Shown: positions 24,230 through 37,207, numbered from the stretch's first letter. The stretch: 64,000 nt of DNA from Vicugna vicugna (GCA_013265495.1 MU061578.1:319308-383307); one strand, 5' to 3'. Made by a program: numbers and translations. The notes: generated from the letters alone by a model not told the origin.

Positions 24230-26958
24230 ATTGAAATTCCTGTACATGGATGTTTACAGTATCTAAAAGGCAGAAAAACTCAAATATCCATAATGAATGG
24301 ATGGATAGATGTGGTTTATCCATATAATGGAATATTACACCATAAAAAGGGATGAAGTACTGATACATGCTCAATGTGCTAGACACAAAAGGTCACATAT
24401 TGTATGATTCTATTTATATGAAATATCCAGAGCAGGTAAATCCATAGAGGAAGAAAGCAGATAGGAGGTTGTCAGGGGACTAGCGTAGGGGGAAATGGGA
24501 AATGACTGTTGAATGAGTACAGAATTTCCTTTGGGGATGATTAAAAAGTTCTGGACTAGATAGAGGTGATGGTTGCACAGCATCTGGATGTACTAAATGC
24601 CAATTAATTGTACTTTTAAAGATGGTTAACTGCATGTTGTGTGAATTCCATCTTACTAAAAAAAAACATGATGAGGCAGGAATTATTATTATGACAATTA
24701 ACAGGTGAAGAAATCAAACTCTTTGCTCAAGGCTCCCACTTGTAAGAGGAGGAGCTAGAATCTGAACCCAGGCACACTGACTGGCAGTGGAGATGCACTT
24801 GACCACCATGTCATGCTTTAGCCATTGTAGAAAAATGTAGATTTGGGCACACAGTAGGTTCTTAACAGATGTTGGTCCCATTCCCTTCTGCTTTGTTTGC
24901 AAGCAGGTACTGTATTTGGCTCCTTAAGACTTCCACGTTGCCATCTGAGGAGGGAAATAAATGCATATATTTGCTCATTCTTTTCACCTTCCGTGGAGGC
25001 AGACTCTTAAAACAAGTTCAGTTGTAAAAACTGAACGTGCAGAACAAAATGTGGCAATGAGTTGAAGAAAACATCCATGAACCAAAAAAAGGGAAAAAAA
25101 AAAAGGTCCTAGCCTGCACTCTTCTAAATGATGTAGGAGAGAAATAATGGGCCAGAGGAGAGATGCCCATTGCATTCCCTCTGGTCCCTAAGATTTATCA
25201 CCTGTACACGCAGGATGCTACAGAGCAGAGATCTGGGGACCACGGCAACAACTCACAAGGCAGCCATGCAGCGTGCTATTTGCTGATAGTGCCTCTGATG
25301 CATGCACCCTCCCAGCCCCCCATTATGTGGAGCTGTCTGCACAGGTGGGGCCTCATTTCTAACCACCTCCCCGCCCCTTCCCCCACCCCCTCTCCCTCTT
25401 CACTGCAGACTCACTGTCTATAACAGGAGTTCAGCACATTGGGAATTGGAGAGAATAAGTGGTTCAGTTGCAGATTTGATGTTTAGAAAAACGCATCCTT
25501 TTTCACAATCGTCATTGGAAGGCGGAGACAAAGCAAAGGTAACGAAACCAACCCAAACTGTGAGCCTTATGTTTGGGGAAATATTTCACACTCCTCTGAG
25601 AAAGGAAAAAGCCTCAAATAATCAGAGAGGTTTGGGGGCTGGAGTATCCCTTTAAGATTTGGTACTGTATTTGCAAGAATTTTTGAGGCATTTAAATGAG
25701 TATCTATAAATAAATCTTCACTCAAGGTGCCCGCAGTGTAAATGGATTACAGAGAATCAAACTTATATAAAAGTTTGGGTTTTAGTGGTGGAAAGAAATG
25801 TGTATCATTTCATTATAAACATAATTGTGTTATAATAAGTGAAATAATGTTTTCATTGTAAACTCAACTGAATCACTCTAAACTCAGGAATGATGAAATG
25901 TATTCTGCCTTCCCTTCTTCCTTTTCCCCAAAAAGTCTTTATAAAATTAAATTATTTTCTATACCTCTATTTCTTGTAAATCAGCAAATATGGTAATTTA
26001 GCTTCTGATCTGTTTTTTGACTCTTCTTAATAACATTTTCTGCATTCATTCATTCACTCATTCATTAATTCAGTATTTACCACATATTAACTAGGCTACA
26101 GAATGTTTTGATTTGATGAGAGAGGCAGATGTTCACTGGGAACAAGTTTCAATACGTGCTGAGTTTTGCTATTCTTCTCCCTAGCAAGTTCAGACCCCTG
26201 GTCACAGAGGAGGTCATGGTTTGGAGTGGTTGTGGGGAGATCCTAGAATCTCAGCCTTCTGGCAACAGTGGCTAGTATATGCACTGGTGGAGTTTCTGGA
26301 AATTTTTTAGAGGGAAGGCAAGGTATTTTTACTGAGAACATCTGCTGGAAATGCTCTTTCCCTTCACCTGAAGTGCTTTTGAAGATTCTGTATAACTTCC
26401 ACAGCCTAAAATAGAGTAACAAACGACTCTTCTAACCTAATGGTCTGGCGGAGTCCCTCAATAATTACTTCTGTGTTGTGATTTGAAATATCACCCATGA
26501 TGACGTGTGCCTGAAATTACACCAATAGAGATGGACTTCTTTGGGGGTATTTTTTGTTTTTGTTTCTGAGGTTCTCCACCCAAGGTATTCACAACCTAAG
26601 ATGTGAACAATATTCATTCCAGCTTTATCACATTTTTATTGGCTGGCACCTGAAGCAAAGGAAACTGGACCAGACCCTTGGCTCTGGGCTCAGACAGGCC
26701 AGCTTCTAGTCCCAGCAGTTAGCAGGTGCATGATGCTGGGTAGGTCCTCAACTACCAAAAGTGAGGAGGGCCCTGTGAAGCCTGCTTCCTGGAGTTGTTC
26801 TGTGGACTGAAGTCGCTGATGGACTTATGGACTTAGAACAGTACAGTGGAGCCTGGAAGAGAGGCGTGGGAGTCCATGTCCTTGGTTGGACATCTCAGCT
26901 CTGTCCCTTAATAAGCTGGACCACCTTGGGCAAATAAAACCTTTCTGTAGCTCAGTTC

Positions 26959-27165
26959 CAGTGATGTGCTGGAACCAGCATGCAATGACTCGAGAGGGCC
27001 TATTGTTAAATACTCAGGAATTTGGGGAGCACATTGTTAAATTGTTGGTAGGTTAAAATCGGCCATGGTAGGAGTATCCGCACGACAAAAACCAGCAAAC
27101 ACTACAATGCTGGGCTCCTCCCCTCACTCCCCTCTTCGGAGAACTGGTTGACCAGCACTGTCTTG
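26959..27165 (-). mobile_element. MER63-family hAT MITE inserted in a + MIR (~26840-27290)
   Basis: 'cagtgatgtgctgg'...'ccagcactgtcttg' with an exact 8-bp TSD CTCAGTTC (26951-26958, 27166-27173). Confidence 0.85.
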
Positions 27166-28394
27166 CTCAGTTCCTTCATAAGTCTCTTGAAACAATTATA
27201 ATAAGAATTTATGGAAAAGGCTCAGCACAGTGCCTGGAATTTAAGAAGCTCCTCATTAAAAGTTACTTACTACTACCACTGTGACTACTATTTCTACTAC
27301 CAACAATCATCAAGTAATAATAATGTGATTATAGTGCATTGGACATAGTAGGTGCTTGAAAAATCTTAACTCTCTTCCCTATCTGTTCATTATTAGAGTT
27401 TCTACAATGGGGAGATAAAGCGAATCTATGTCGAAGTAGAGATTTCAAGGGGACAAATTATCTTTAAGGGTCACTTTTGACCCTTCAACAAAGCGGAAAC
27501 ACCCTTCCTCCTCACGGTAGACACTTAGATGATCAAACAGCACATGAGTAAACTCCAAATATGGTCTCCATCCTCACTCTCTCCATCCCACTACATTTTC
27601 TTCTCTGGCTGCCACTGTAGCTGAGTGACTGGGTACTCTTCTCACCATCATGAAGCTGTCAACACCCGTGGTGGGCCCTGCAAAGTATAAAGGACAATTT
27701 ATCCACACAGCAGTGGCAGCATCATTGTTTATGAAATGATAACTGCTTCAGGTAGCAGCAAGTTCCAACATTAGCACAACAAAAGCTTTGAGCTGGACCA
27801 TCTGTTGCCACGTGGACAATCTGGTGGGCTTGCCAAAGTCATTTATCCGTGTCAAGAGCATATCCACACTGGCCAGTCCTCATGCTGAGCAGAAAGGAAA
27901 TTTAAAGAAAGGCCCATCATTTATCATTGTAGACAGCTGGGCTGGCGTGTGGGCAGAGAATACATTTTTTTTTCCTTAAGAAAAACAAAGACCCTGAAGA
28001 TAGGTAATGCTTGCTCAGCTCCAAGCATCTTGCTAACTATAGGTCTTCCATCTTACTCCTTTCTTCTCGTTTTTCCAGATTGTAGAAGGGAAGTTGAAGC
28101 CATGACACTTCTTCCCTAACCCCAAATTGCATGACCCAATGGCACCAGGAATTCTTTGGTTTTGAGCTGGAGTTGGTACATTTATTCTTATCTCCTGAAA
28201 TGGACCTCCAAAACAGAACTCGTCTACCACATTCAGGGAAACACCAGCAGCAAAGGCCATTGATTTTTGAAGTTCATAGCCCTCAGCAATGGTGCAGGAT
28301 CTCTCTGCTGTGTGTGAGGAAACTGAGACATGGGAAGTCAGCTCTCTGACCCTCAGCTTTCTATTCTGCAATCAGCTCTGCCTGGTTTGTGACT

Positions 28395-28636
28395 GGAAGG
28401 CCATATTGTGACTTTTATAGCCCCTCCCTCCATAGAAAATGTTCAACAGTATACTTTGTGACTGTGTTGGTATAAAGAGAAAGATATCGGTATTATATAT
28501 CCAGACTTTTTCTTTAACCTAAAAGTTCATTCTTTCCTTCTCTTTTGAAAAGAAATTAAAACATTTTCATAGACCCTGAAAATCATAATCGGCCCCAGGC
28601 AGTGGCTGCAGTGCCTAATGTATAAGTTGGCCCCAT
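28395..28636 (-). mobile_element. hAT-Tip100 MITE (ORSL-like)
   Basis: 'ggccatattgtgacttt...ctgtgttggtataaag...cctaaaagttcatt...aaagaaattaaaacattttc...gtgcctaatgtataagttggcccc'. Confidence 0.65.
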
Positions 28637-30963
28637 GTGTGTGTGTTTGAAATAAAATACCATGAATGGAAGTGCCTGACATCATTGTTAGCAACAGCAT
28701 AACAAGGTAGTTAAACTCATAATCTAAGAACTGGAATTTATGAGTTTAAATCCTGCCTGCTTCTATTGTTTACAAGCTAAATTAGTTTGGACAAGCTGCT
28801 TAATTTTTTCTTATATATATTTTCACATATATATTCTCATATAAATATATATATATGAAATACTAGTACACAACCATCTACCTCAAAGGGTGGTTGTAAA
28901 GTTGTATAAACTTATTAATTTGAAACTTTTAAGGTAGCTGAATGGAGTAGAAGAAGTCTTTGTTAAATGTTAGCTCCTCATCTGCTCACTTTCCTAACTG
29001 TCTCATTTACAAGAAAGTAAGCACATTGGGAAGCAGCAGATACACTGGTTACAAGCAGAACCCCTAGAGTCAGAAGGCCATTATGAATAAGAAATAAATA
29101 CCTAAGAAAACACCACTACTGCATTGAGGTCCCGCATCCAGCCATTCCTCTCTGCAGCATCCCCCTAACCCAAATTCCATTTAAATGACCAGCACTGTAC
29201 ACACACAAAATTGGATAGATGGTTAATGATGCGTGAGCACATTTTATAGGAATCCACTTGACCTGCAAGGGATCAACTCTGTGATTTGGTTAAAGGCTTA
29301 ACATTTCGGAGTCTGGCTCCGATCCCATGTTCATAGAAAAATTTCCAAAGCTGATAGATCCTGACATTTGAGAGTTTGGCCCAAGGAAAGGTGATACTCC
29401 ATTTTCCATCTTCCTAACAGAGATGAAATACACCATGTTATTAATTAGCTGCATCATTTTGGACAACTCTCATGTGCTTTCTTGGCCTCAGCTTCTCCAC
29501 TGGTAAAAATAACAGAGTCAGGTGAAAGAAGCATACTGAGAACTTTTCTTCTCCGATTGTAGGAGTTTCATGAAGTGGCTGCTGGGAAAGTCCAATGGGC
29601 AAGAAGACTCTGCCACCCTCCTCGTCTTCCAGAAAGCTCCGCTGTTATCTCTAGAACTTGAATATCACGAAGAGTTTTATGGATAAAAAAGAATTTTATG
29701 GCTGGAAAAAGATAAGGTATATTAAAAGCTGGACTAGATGACATCTCTATTCAATGCTAATTATGATATTTAGAAGCAGTGGGCCAAATCTGAGATAAAA
29801 TTAAATAGGAATACACATAGGATTCCACACTGAATCCCCCAAAGAACAGCATCCAACTACAGAATGAGGGGATATGCTTAGGAAAACACAAATGAAAGCT
29901 ACTTGGGTGTTCTGGCTGGTGGAAATCTCAGTGTAGATTAAGACTGTTATGCTATCATAAAACAATAAGCCCAAGCAACCATCAGCCACCACAGCGGCCA
30001 CCACCTCCATGGTAAACTAATGTGCCTAAGGGCTAAACTAACAGAGAGGACACCTCCCAGACCAGAACGGGGAACCTTCCTAACCAGAAAGGTGAATTTC
30101 CTTTCCTACTTTTTTGCTGGTCATACCATCCTCTTTGAATTCTTATTTTTTAGGGGTATTAGTATCATTATGATATTTCATGGTTTTGATTAGAAGTCTC
30201 AGGCGTATCCATATCCTTTCCAAACATCTCTTCCCAAAGTTCTCTGGAAAGTTATAAGACAAATGGATATATATCAAAATCAAAATCATCTTAAGTATTT
30301 ATTTACAAAGTTAATAGAGGTACAAAGAGTTTTATATGTATTATCTTATTATATCTCATTTAAATTTTTCATGACTACTCTGTGAAGTAAATCTTTTAGT
30401 TCCATTTTTTCCCCCAGAGGAGGAAATTAAGGCATAGGGATATTAAGTAATTGGTTCAACATCATATGGTAAGAGGTGGAGCAAAGATCCAGGTACTATT
30501 TTGATACAAGCTAGGTCCAGGCTAAGGAACCTCCATGAAGGGGTTATAGAAAGGCTGTCTTGGAACTTTTGGTTTTAGCTTAAATCCTGGGCAAGTTCTC
30601 TACTGCCTCCTCCAAATATGAATATAAATCGATAGATCTTTCCACATCTGGCCAGCTACATGGTACAGGAACTTAGAGCAGCGATGATCTTCAAGTTGAT
30701 GCAAGAAAGTAGAGCACCATTCTGAATGCCCCCATAAGAACAGGCCGCCTCTGGCTTTTTTACTTTCTATAAATAGGATGGGAACAAAGCAAATGAGAGT
30801 GACTCCTGGGTGCATGCCTCTGAACTCAAAAATGCCCTTGCCCACTGCAGACCTGGCCAAGCAGTGTCCACATCCTGAACCATCAGATCACTCTTCCCTG
30901 CTCTTCTGGAGGAGTCAGAGATAAGCTGGCAGAGAAACGAGTCAATTGTGTGGAAGTGTCCGT

Positions 30964-30982
30964 GACTGCCCTCTGCTGCAAT
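30964..30982 (-). promoter_or_regulatory. Candidate CTCF site (minus strand)
   Basis: Minus strand reads ATTGCAGCAGAGGGCAGTC, one mismatch from the CCASYAGRKGGCRS core. Confidence 0.45.
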
Positions 30983-31280
30983 CAGTCTTGAAGGCTGGAC
31001 TCTAAGTGGGCTACTGCAAACTCAAGTGTGTGGGACCAGTGGAGGGTAAGTCAGAACTTGGTCATCCTTTTATATCTGAAAAGCTGTGACTGGAAAAAGA
31101 GGCAAGTCTTGTTGAATGTGAGTCAGAGGTAGAACCTTGGCCAGTCAATAAAGAAAAGCTTACTTTGGTTTCTGGTCATCAGAGCAGTTCAGCAATGGAT
31201 GGGCTGCCTTGGGAGGTGGATAGTCCCTGTCATGAAAGAGGTTCAGAACCTGGATGATGCTTGGCAAGGCTGGTGTAGAT

Positions 31281-31550
31281 CAGCTCTACTCAGTGTGATC
31301 TAAGGAGCAATTCCAGCTTATGCACTGTTACTGGTCTGCAGCTAAATAAATATGGAAATTAAAAGTAAGCATTTAGAAAATTTATATGATTTTGACATAG
31401 TAATTTTTACACTTGTTGAATCTAATAATAAGCAATTTGGGCTCATATATTTTATTTTTCTAGTAACTGAAAAAAAAAAGCATTGGTCTGTGGAGGCATA
31501 GAAGAATTTAAAAAGCAAGTGCTTCTCCATAGATAGTTTGAGAAGCATCA
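31281..31550 (+). mobile_element. MER5C-like hAT-Charlie MITE
   Basis: 'cagctctactcagtgtg...gttactggtctgc...gaaattaaaagtaagcatttagaaaa...tttgagaagcatca'. Degenerate 8-bp TSD gtgtagat/gtgcagag. Confidence 0.65.
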
Positions 31551-31852
31551 GTGCAGAGGTTTTTTCTGGTATTGGGTATAGCCTGGGCTGTACAGATACT
31601 AAAGTCCCAGGTAAACTGAATCATATGCACTCTAACTAATGACATACGCAATTTACCTAGCATAGTTCTAAGCACATATTAGGTAGTCAACACAATCTTT
31701 CTCATACTAAGATTCATGACTCTTATAATGCATACATTGGGAGGCCACTTAATTGTCCACAAAAATTAAAACATTATATTTACATAGGAAGAAAGTTGGG
31801 AACGTCATTGCAATTATGAAGTCTTTGCCTCTGTGACTTCTGATGCATGCTT

Positions 31853-31856
<4 letters not shown>

Positions 31857-31888
<32 letters not shown>
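31857..31888 (+). repeat. (CA)n microsatellite
   Basis: Directly visible. Confidence 0.97.
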
Positions 31889-31891
<3 letters not shown>

Positions 31892-32185
31892 TACTTACAC
31901 TTTCTTTGAACTGTAAGCCTCTCAAAATACCCCTTCCTTTCCTTTTTTGCCATGGGCTTTACTTTTCATTTGTACAGCACATATTAAATGGGGTGGGGGC
32001 AAGCAGTTGTCACTTTTAGCTTTGCCAGGTTTTCTTTTTTCCTTTTAAACCTTTCTATTTGAACTGAAACGTTGGAAGCAAACATTGATTGGTATTTGAG
32101 TTCTGGCACTATAATGACTCACAATAGCCTATTATGCTGACCCCAGTTCGAGATGACAAAATGGAAGCGCGAAGAGCTGTCTCAC

Positions 32186-32204
32186 TGACCACTAGGTGGC
32201 GGAC
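32186..32204 (+). promoter_or_regulatory. Strong CTCF motif
   Basis: TGACCACTAGGTGGCGGAC matches the CCASYAGRKGGCRS core fully. It lies in repeat-poor DNA with locally retained CpGs. Confidence 0.7.
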
Positions 32205-33366
32205 TCAAACTCTCACAGCTTGACGGTGAGCTGCTGTTCAAACACGCCAGGATCTGTAAAGCACACAGAGAAAATGATGGACAAGTGAAGTGTAGACCGG
32301 GGCAAGTTGGAGTGAATTTCCTGAGCACACCTAACCAAGGACTGTATCATTTCCTTCGTGGAGAGGCTTGACAATGATGCTTGAGCTAACTTTTCAGTAA
32401 ATTATTTCTGCTTTCCATCCCATAGTGTGGTTATAGTATGTTCAGCCAAGCCTGTTTTTTTTTTCCTATAAAATACTAAATTGAAGAATCCCTCCAGATA
32501 TTCCTACCTTCCTATGTATCTCACCTCAGGAGTGTAGCCAACACTCAGGAGACCACAGTGGGGAATCTGGTGTGAGGGTATCTTACAGAAGGCTGCTTTA
32601 ATTAACAAGAATTGTCTCTGCCTCAGTGTGTAAGGTATTGCACATGTGGCCAGTGGCTTGCACACAGCTAAAATCAAAACGAACGTGTGTGCCACATCTG
32701 GACAGATGAGACCACAACCTGCCATGCTTTACAGAGTGACACCTTTTAAGTTCAAAGGCAGCCGTTCCCCACCATAAAGCTGGAAGGCAGCAGTAAGCCT
32801 TTTGGCAGGTTTGAAGAGTCCAGATGTCCACCATGAAATGGGTTATTTAATGTATCTGTGGGCTGTTTGCAAAATGGGAATGCCTCTGTTTTCGCAAACA
32901 CCAAGTGGGCAAATGCCAAAAATGTTTGCCATTAACATCACCGTGTACATGGGTACCAAATGCACATAAAGGACCCTTTCTGTTCAATCCGATGCAAATC
33001 AAACATTTTGCATTTCAATTCCTGTCTACTTAATTCTATTTCCTACACAGAAGCAGCTCCATGAGGTCACCCTGCCAAACTCAGGTGAAGGAGGTGTCTC
33101 TGTGGACCTCTGTCCTATGGGGCGATTATCAAATTTGTCTGTCTCTATAACGCTTGGATGTGGCACAATGCTGACCCTGACTCACCTTCATCATAACTCA
33201 TCAAATCCCACTTACCCAAAAGGAACTAGAAAAATAACCCTGGTTTATAAACATGCCTTCAAGACATGATTCTGGAGAAAATAATTCATTTTGGATGGAA
33301 ACCAAAGTACAGGCATTGTCAGGTTGCCAACATCAAATGCATAACTTAATCCCATATCCTTAAATC

Positions 33367-33552
33367 CAGGGTTTCTAACCTTGTATGTGTGAATGTGTGT
33401 ACACGAGTGTGCAAAACTTAACATTTAAGAGAATCTGTTTACAGCAACTGATTCATTCCCCAGGCTGGGAAATGTACATACGTAATGTACTCCATATAAA
33501 CATTTTTACGGGGCTCATGGACCTTCTAGATGTCTATGGATTAAGAACCTGC
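33367..33552. mobile_element. Old hAT-Charlie MITE remnant
   Basis: Ends 'cagggtttctaacctt'...'ggattaagaacctg'. Confidence 0.5.
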
Positions 33553-34249
33553 TCTATATTTTCTACATATGGCTCCAATTACATTGAAAAGTCTATTAAA
33601 ATTAAAGCCATCTGAATGCTCATCTTCTATTCTCACTCTATATGACAGGCTGGATTTCATTAATCACACTTCTGCAATTTATAGTAAGTATTGTTAATGG
33701 AAGACACCTCCTCTAAAGGTCCTGATGGGATGGACAGATACACTGAAAGTGTGAAACAGTCAAATCAAAACTGAAAGATTATTTTGATCAAATGCAATGA
33801 GTCAGTATGTAGCCAATCTATGGTGTCTTCTGTGACACCACAGAAACTTTGACCCTATAGGACATCGTTGCTCAACAAAGAACTATTTGGGACATGCTGG
33901 TTCTATTTTTCTAATAATACCAACCCTTCCTCAAGCCAACCCCTCCCAGGGGCTCAACTGCCAACAGGACAGTGGGATTAGATACACTGACCAACAAGTC
34001 TTATGGCTGCATACAACCTGATCAATATAAAAACTAGCTTCTCAACTAAATTCCACCTGACCCACCTTTGCTGACCATTTTTGCCTACCATTACTCTCTT
34101 GTGAGTCCTGCAGAAAGTGTCGTGCATGTCATTAAGTTAATTACTACAACCACGGTATTTGAATGACTCTGCTTTTCTCTCACATGGATCCACTGGGACA
34201 TTCCTCCTCCTGCTTTCTACCCCCAGAACACATGGTGTTCATCTTATTC

Positions 34250-34640
34250 TAATACCTAAGCCAATTTTGAATGGGGAAAATTTATACAAACCTCATTTCT
34301 ACCATTCTGTGAAGGCTTTGACTCTACCCCTCTTGTTTTTCCCAGCCTAACTCAATGAAAAAAAAAGCAGCTCAGACATCGACTCCTCCAGGAAGCCTTT
34401 CTTAACTTACCTTTGCTGGGTTAGATGTGCCTCCTCTGCATGTTCATTCCCCTCTTGCATCTATTTGTAGCACAGTGCCTGAGGTACCATGCCATGCTTG
34501 TCTGTCTATAACTCTATCCCTCAACTAACTACAATTCCTATGGGGACAAAGACTGTGTCTTACTTTCTCTAAAACCCCAGCACATAGCACAATGCCTAGC
34601 ACATAGGAGCTGCTTTGTAGTGATTATGGACTTCATGGAT
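34250..34640 (+). mobile_element. L2 3' end
   Basis: 'ctcctccaggaagcctttctt...ggggacaaagactgtgtctt...cccagcacatagcacaatgcctagcacatagg'. Confidence 0.8.
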
Positions 34641-35212
34641 GAAGGCTTCTCACGGGGGTCTTAACCCTTAGTCTTTTCTGCCCTACAATATCAGTCATGC
34701 CTGCTTCCTTCATCACATGATCTTCTTTCTGGGACACATCATCTCCCTGTTTGCCTGCCTCCTGCTGGTTAATTACTGGCTGGGTTGCCTAGACAAACTT
34801 CTTTTTCCTGGGTCTTTTCCATATCTGAGTTATTTCCTAAGTCCCTTCCTTTGCCAAAATAGGTAAGCTGCTTCCTAAGTTCATCACCTCCTTTTCCCCA
34901 CTCTACCAGTTCAGTACCTGGGATCTTAGTTATTCCATCACCAACGGCATCTGCTGCTGTCTTAACTCCAAGAGACCAATTTGTATAAGTCTAATAAACC
35001 GAGATCCTTTTAGGCCATGTATCTTTGTGTACATAATTCAGTACTGGGAATAAATTGATTCATCTCACTGAGAAGTTTCTCTCTCTTCACCCCAAAGCTG
35101 TCTATTTCTGGGGAGTCCGTTGTAAGGGAGCATTCCATTTCCTGCAGAGGACATGCTGGGGTCATAAACACCTAACTCTGAAGCATCCTGCAAAGCAGCT
35201 TAGGCATTAGAA

Positions 35213-35377
35213 CAGTGGTTCTCAAACATCAGTGTGGACCAGATTCCCATGGTCCCCATCTCAGAGATTCAAATTCAGTGCTTCTTAGGTGGGGTTCAGA
35301 AATCTGTATGTTTGATAGACAACCCCAGATAATTCTGATGATGGTCTTGTGTAGTTCCCAAGTTCAAAATGTCACTG
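35213..35377. mobile_element. MER5-family MITE, followed by a + MIR (~35490-35750)
   Basis: 'cagtggttctcaaac...agagattcaaattcag...ccccagataattctgatg...cactg'. Confidence 0.75.
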
Positions 35378-37207
35378 TAGAATAGCAATAAATGTTCTAT
35401 CTGGGTGAAGATGGGCCACAGCACAGGTCTCCAGAGTCGCTCTATCTAAGTGGACTAGAGAATGGTATATTTCAGAAATTTACATGTCACATGGGAGATG
35501 GCACGACATACTGGCCTGAGTATGGGTTTAGACACAGACACTGGTGAGAATCCTGGCTAGACCACACGCTGGCTCTGGTAGTTCAAGCATACGGCTTAAT
35601 CCTTTTCAGCATCTATTTTCTGATATGCAAACTGCAGTTTACTTTTCAGAGTTTTTGATGGACTCAGAAATAATGCAACTGAGTAGTTTCCATGGTGCCT
35701 AGCATGTGGTAGGCACTCAGTAAGTGGCAATTTTATTTTTATATTGTTATGTTAATATCCCTTTAAATACCAATGATCAGATACTAGTCAAAAACGAATT
35801 GGAACAAGGAAGGTCTTCCAGAATGCCATTTCCCGGCTGCACTTTCTGCTTCTCTCTCCCAGTTTCCCTTTAAGTGGTAATACTGGTTTCAAATGAGAAG
35901 TTCCCTCATTTTATTTTAAATACCATAGGAAGGTAGATTTTGACAGCTCTCGTCTGCACGAATGTGATGCCAGGAGAAAGGATGAGGAGGAGAGCAAAAG
36001 GCTCTCTCTCTGCCTGCGTTGGAGGTGTGCAAAGTGGCTGATTAGCCAGATATTTTTAAAGTTTCATAGGTGTGAGGCAGCCTCCGCTAATGAGAGTTTT
36101 AGGGGATTTCTCAAATCTAAAGTGAAGGATGCCAAGAGTGGAACATGACCTTGGGGCTTTCCTGTACATGTTAACTAATATTACAAAGAATTCTCAGAAA
36201 ACCCTCTGAAGTCAACTTCTGCTGGAGGAGAGGGGGGAACAGGTGAGGCTCTGGGGACTGGCAATGGAGAGTTAATGATGCCTGCTATTAATAGATTTGT
36301 TCTGAAGGCTGAGGCCGAATATCACTGGTACTCTGCTAAGAGAAGGCAATGGAGGGCTTTGAGCCAGAAATCGGGTCAAGGGTCCCCACAAGGATGTTTT
36401 ATTTGGAGGTGAATGTTAAAAACAACCATGCAGACAGCCACCAAAGTGCACAGCTAGATGGGAGTTCCACGGCCCTCCAGCACCTAGCCTCCCCTGGTTT
36501 ACCCCACTGCTAGCTCTTTCGAGGATTCAGATATGTCACAAGTGAAGATCTGTTGGGATCTCAGTTCACCAAGAATGAGTGGATTTGATGGGGGAACTAA
36601 AGCTTCCCTGAGCACCTGTTAAGCGCCAACTCCTGTGCTTGGCAGTTAAAAGAAGCTAGTTCCATCTTCCCATTGACAGTGTGGAGAAATCCTGTTCGCA
36701 TTTTAGAGGTGGTGGTGCCGCTGATGCCTTGGAGAGGCCAAGAAGTGTTCCAAAGTTCATACAAATACTAAGTAGTGGACAGGGTTTGGACTCAGGCCTC
36801 CCTAAGATGCCCTGCACTTATCAGAATACAGGGTATGAACAAGGAGATTTGAGTGGGCTTCAAACATGGCCCTTCTGCGAAAAAAAGAGCAGGACCACAT
36901 GGCCTCCAACAGGATGGAAAGGCAAAGCTGGGATTCCAACAGGAATCAGAGTCCTGCTGATGGGGTGGGAGAAATGCAAATGCAAACAGCCACCCTGCAC
37001 ACTGCAAATGGGGACTCAGGGATCAGGTGAGATACCGAGGGGGAGGGGTGGGGAAGGAGAGATTACTGCATATCTCGTTATGGCAGTGGACTTAGTTTTT
37101 CCAGGCAACGAGTCGTGCCTGAGCAAATCAAGCGAAGACAAAGCTTCAAGTCCAGCAGGAAATTCTGTTCCTGTGGAGGGAGACTGAGGCAGGGACTAAG
37201 GTGAATG

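Larger units (their letters stand above)
23120..24667 (+). mobile_element. L1MB-type 3' fragment splitting a minus-strand MIR (23040-23119 / 24668-24820), itself interrupted by two insertions
   Basis: 'tgtaaaatggt...tgactcagcaattccactcctaggta' resumes as 'tacccaaaagaattgaaa' and ends 'ttgtgtgaattccatcttactaaaaaaaaa'. The MIR resumes with 'atgaggcaggaattattatt'. Confidence 0.85.

Noticed and set aside
36681..37187. 168-aa ORF
   Set aside because: GTG start inside a minus-strand MIR, with no domain or convincing splice context. Chance ORF.
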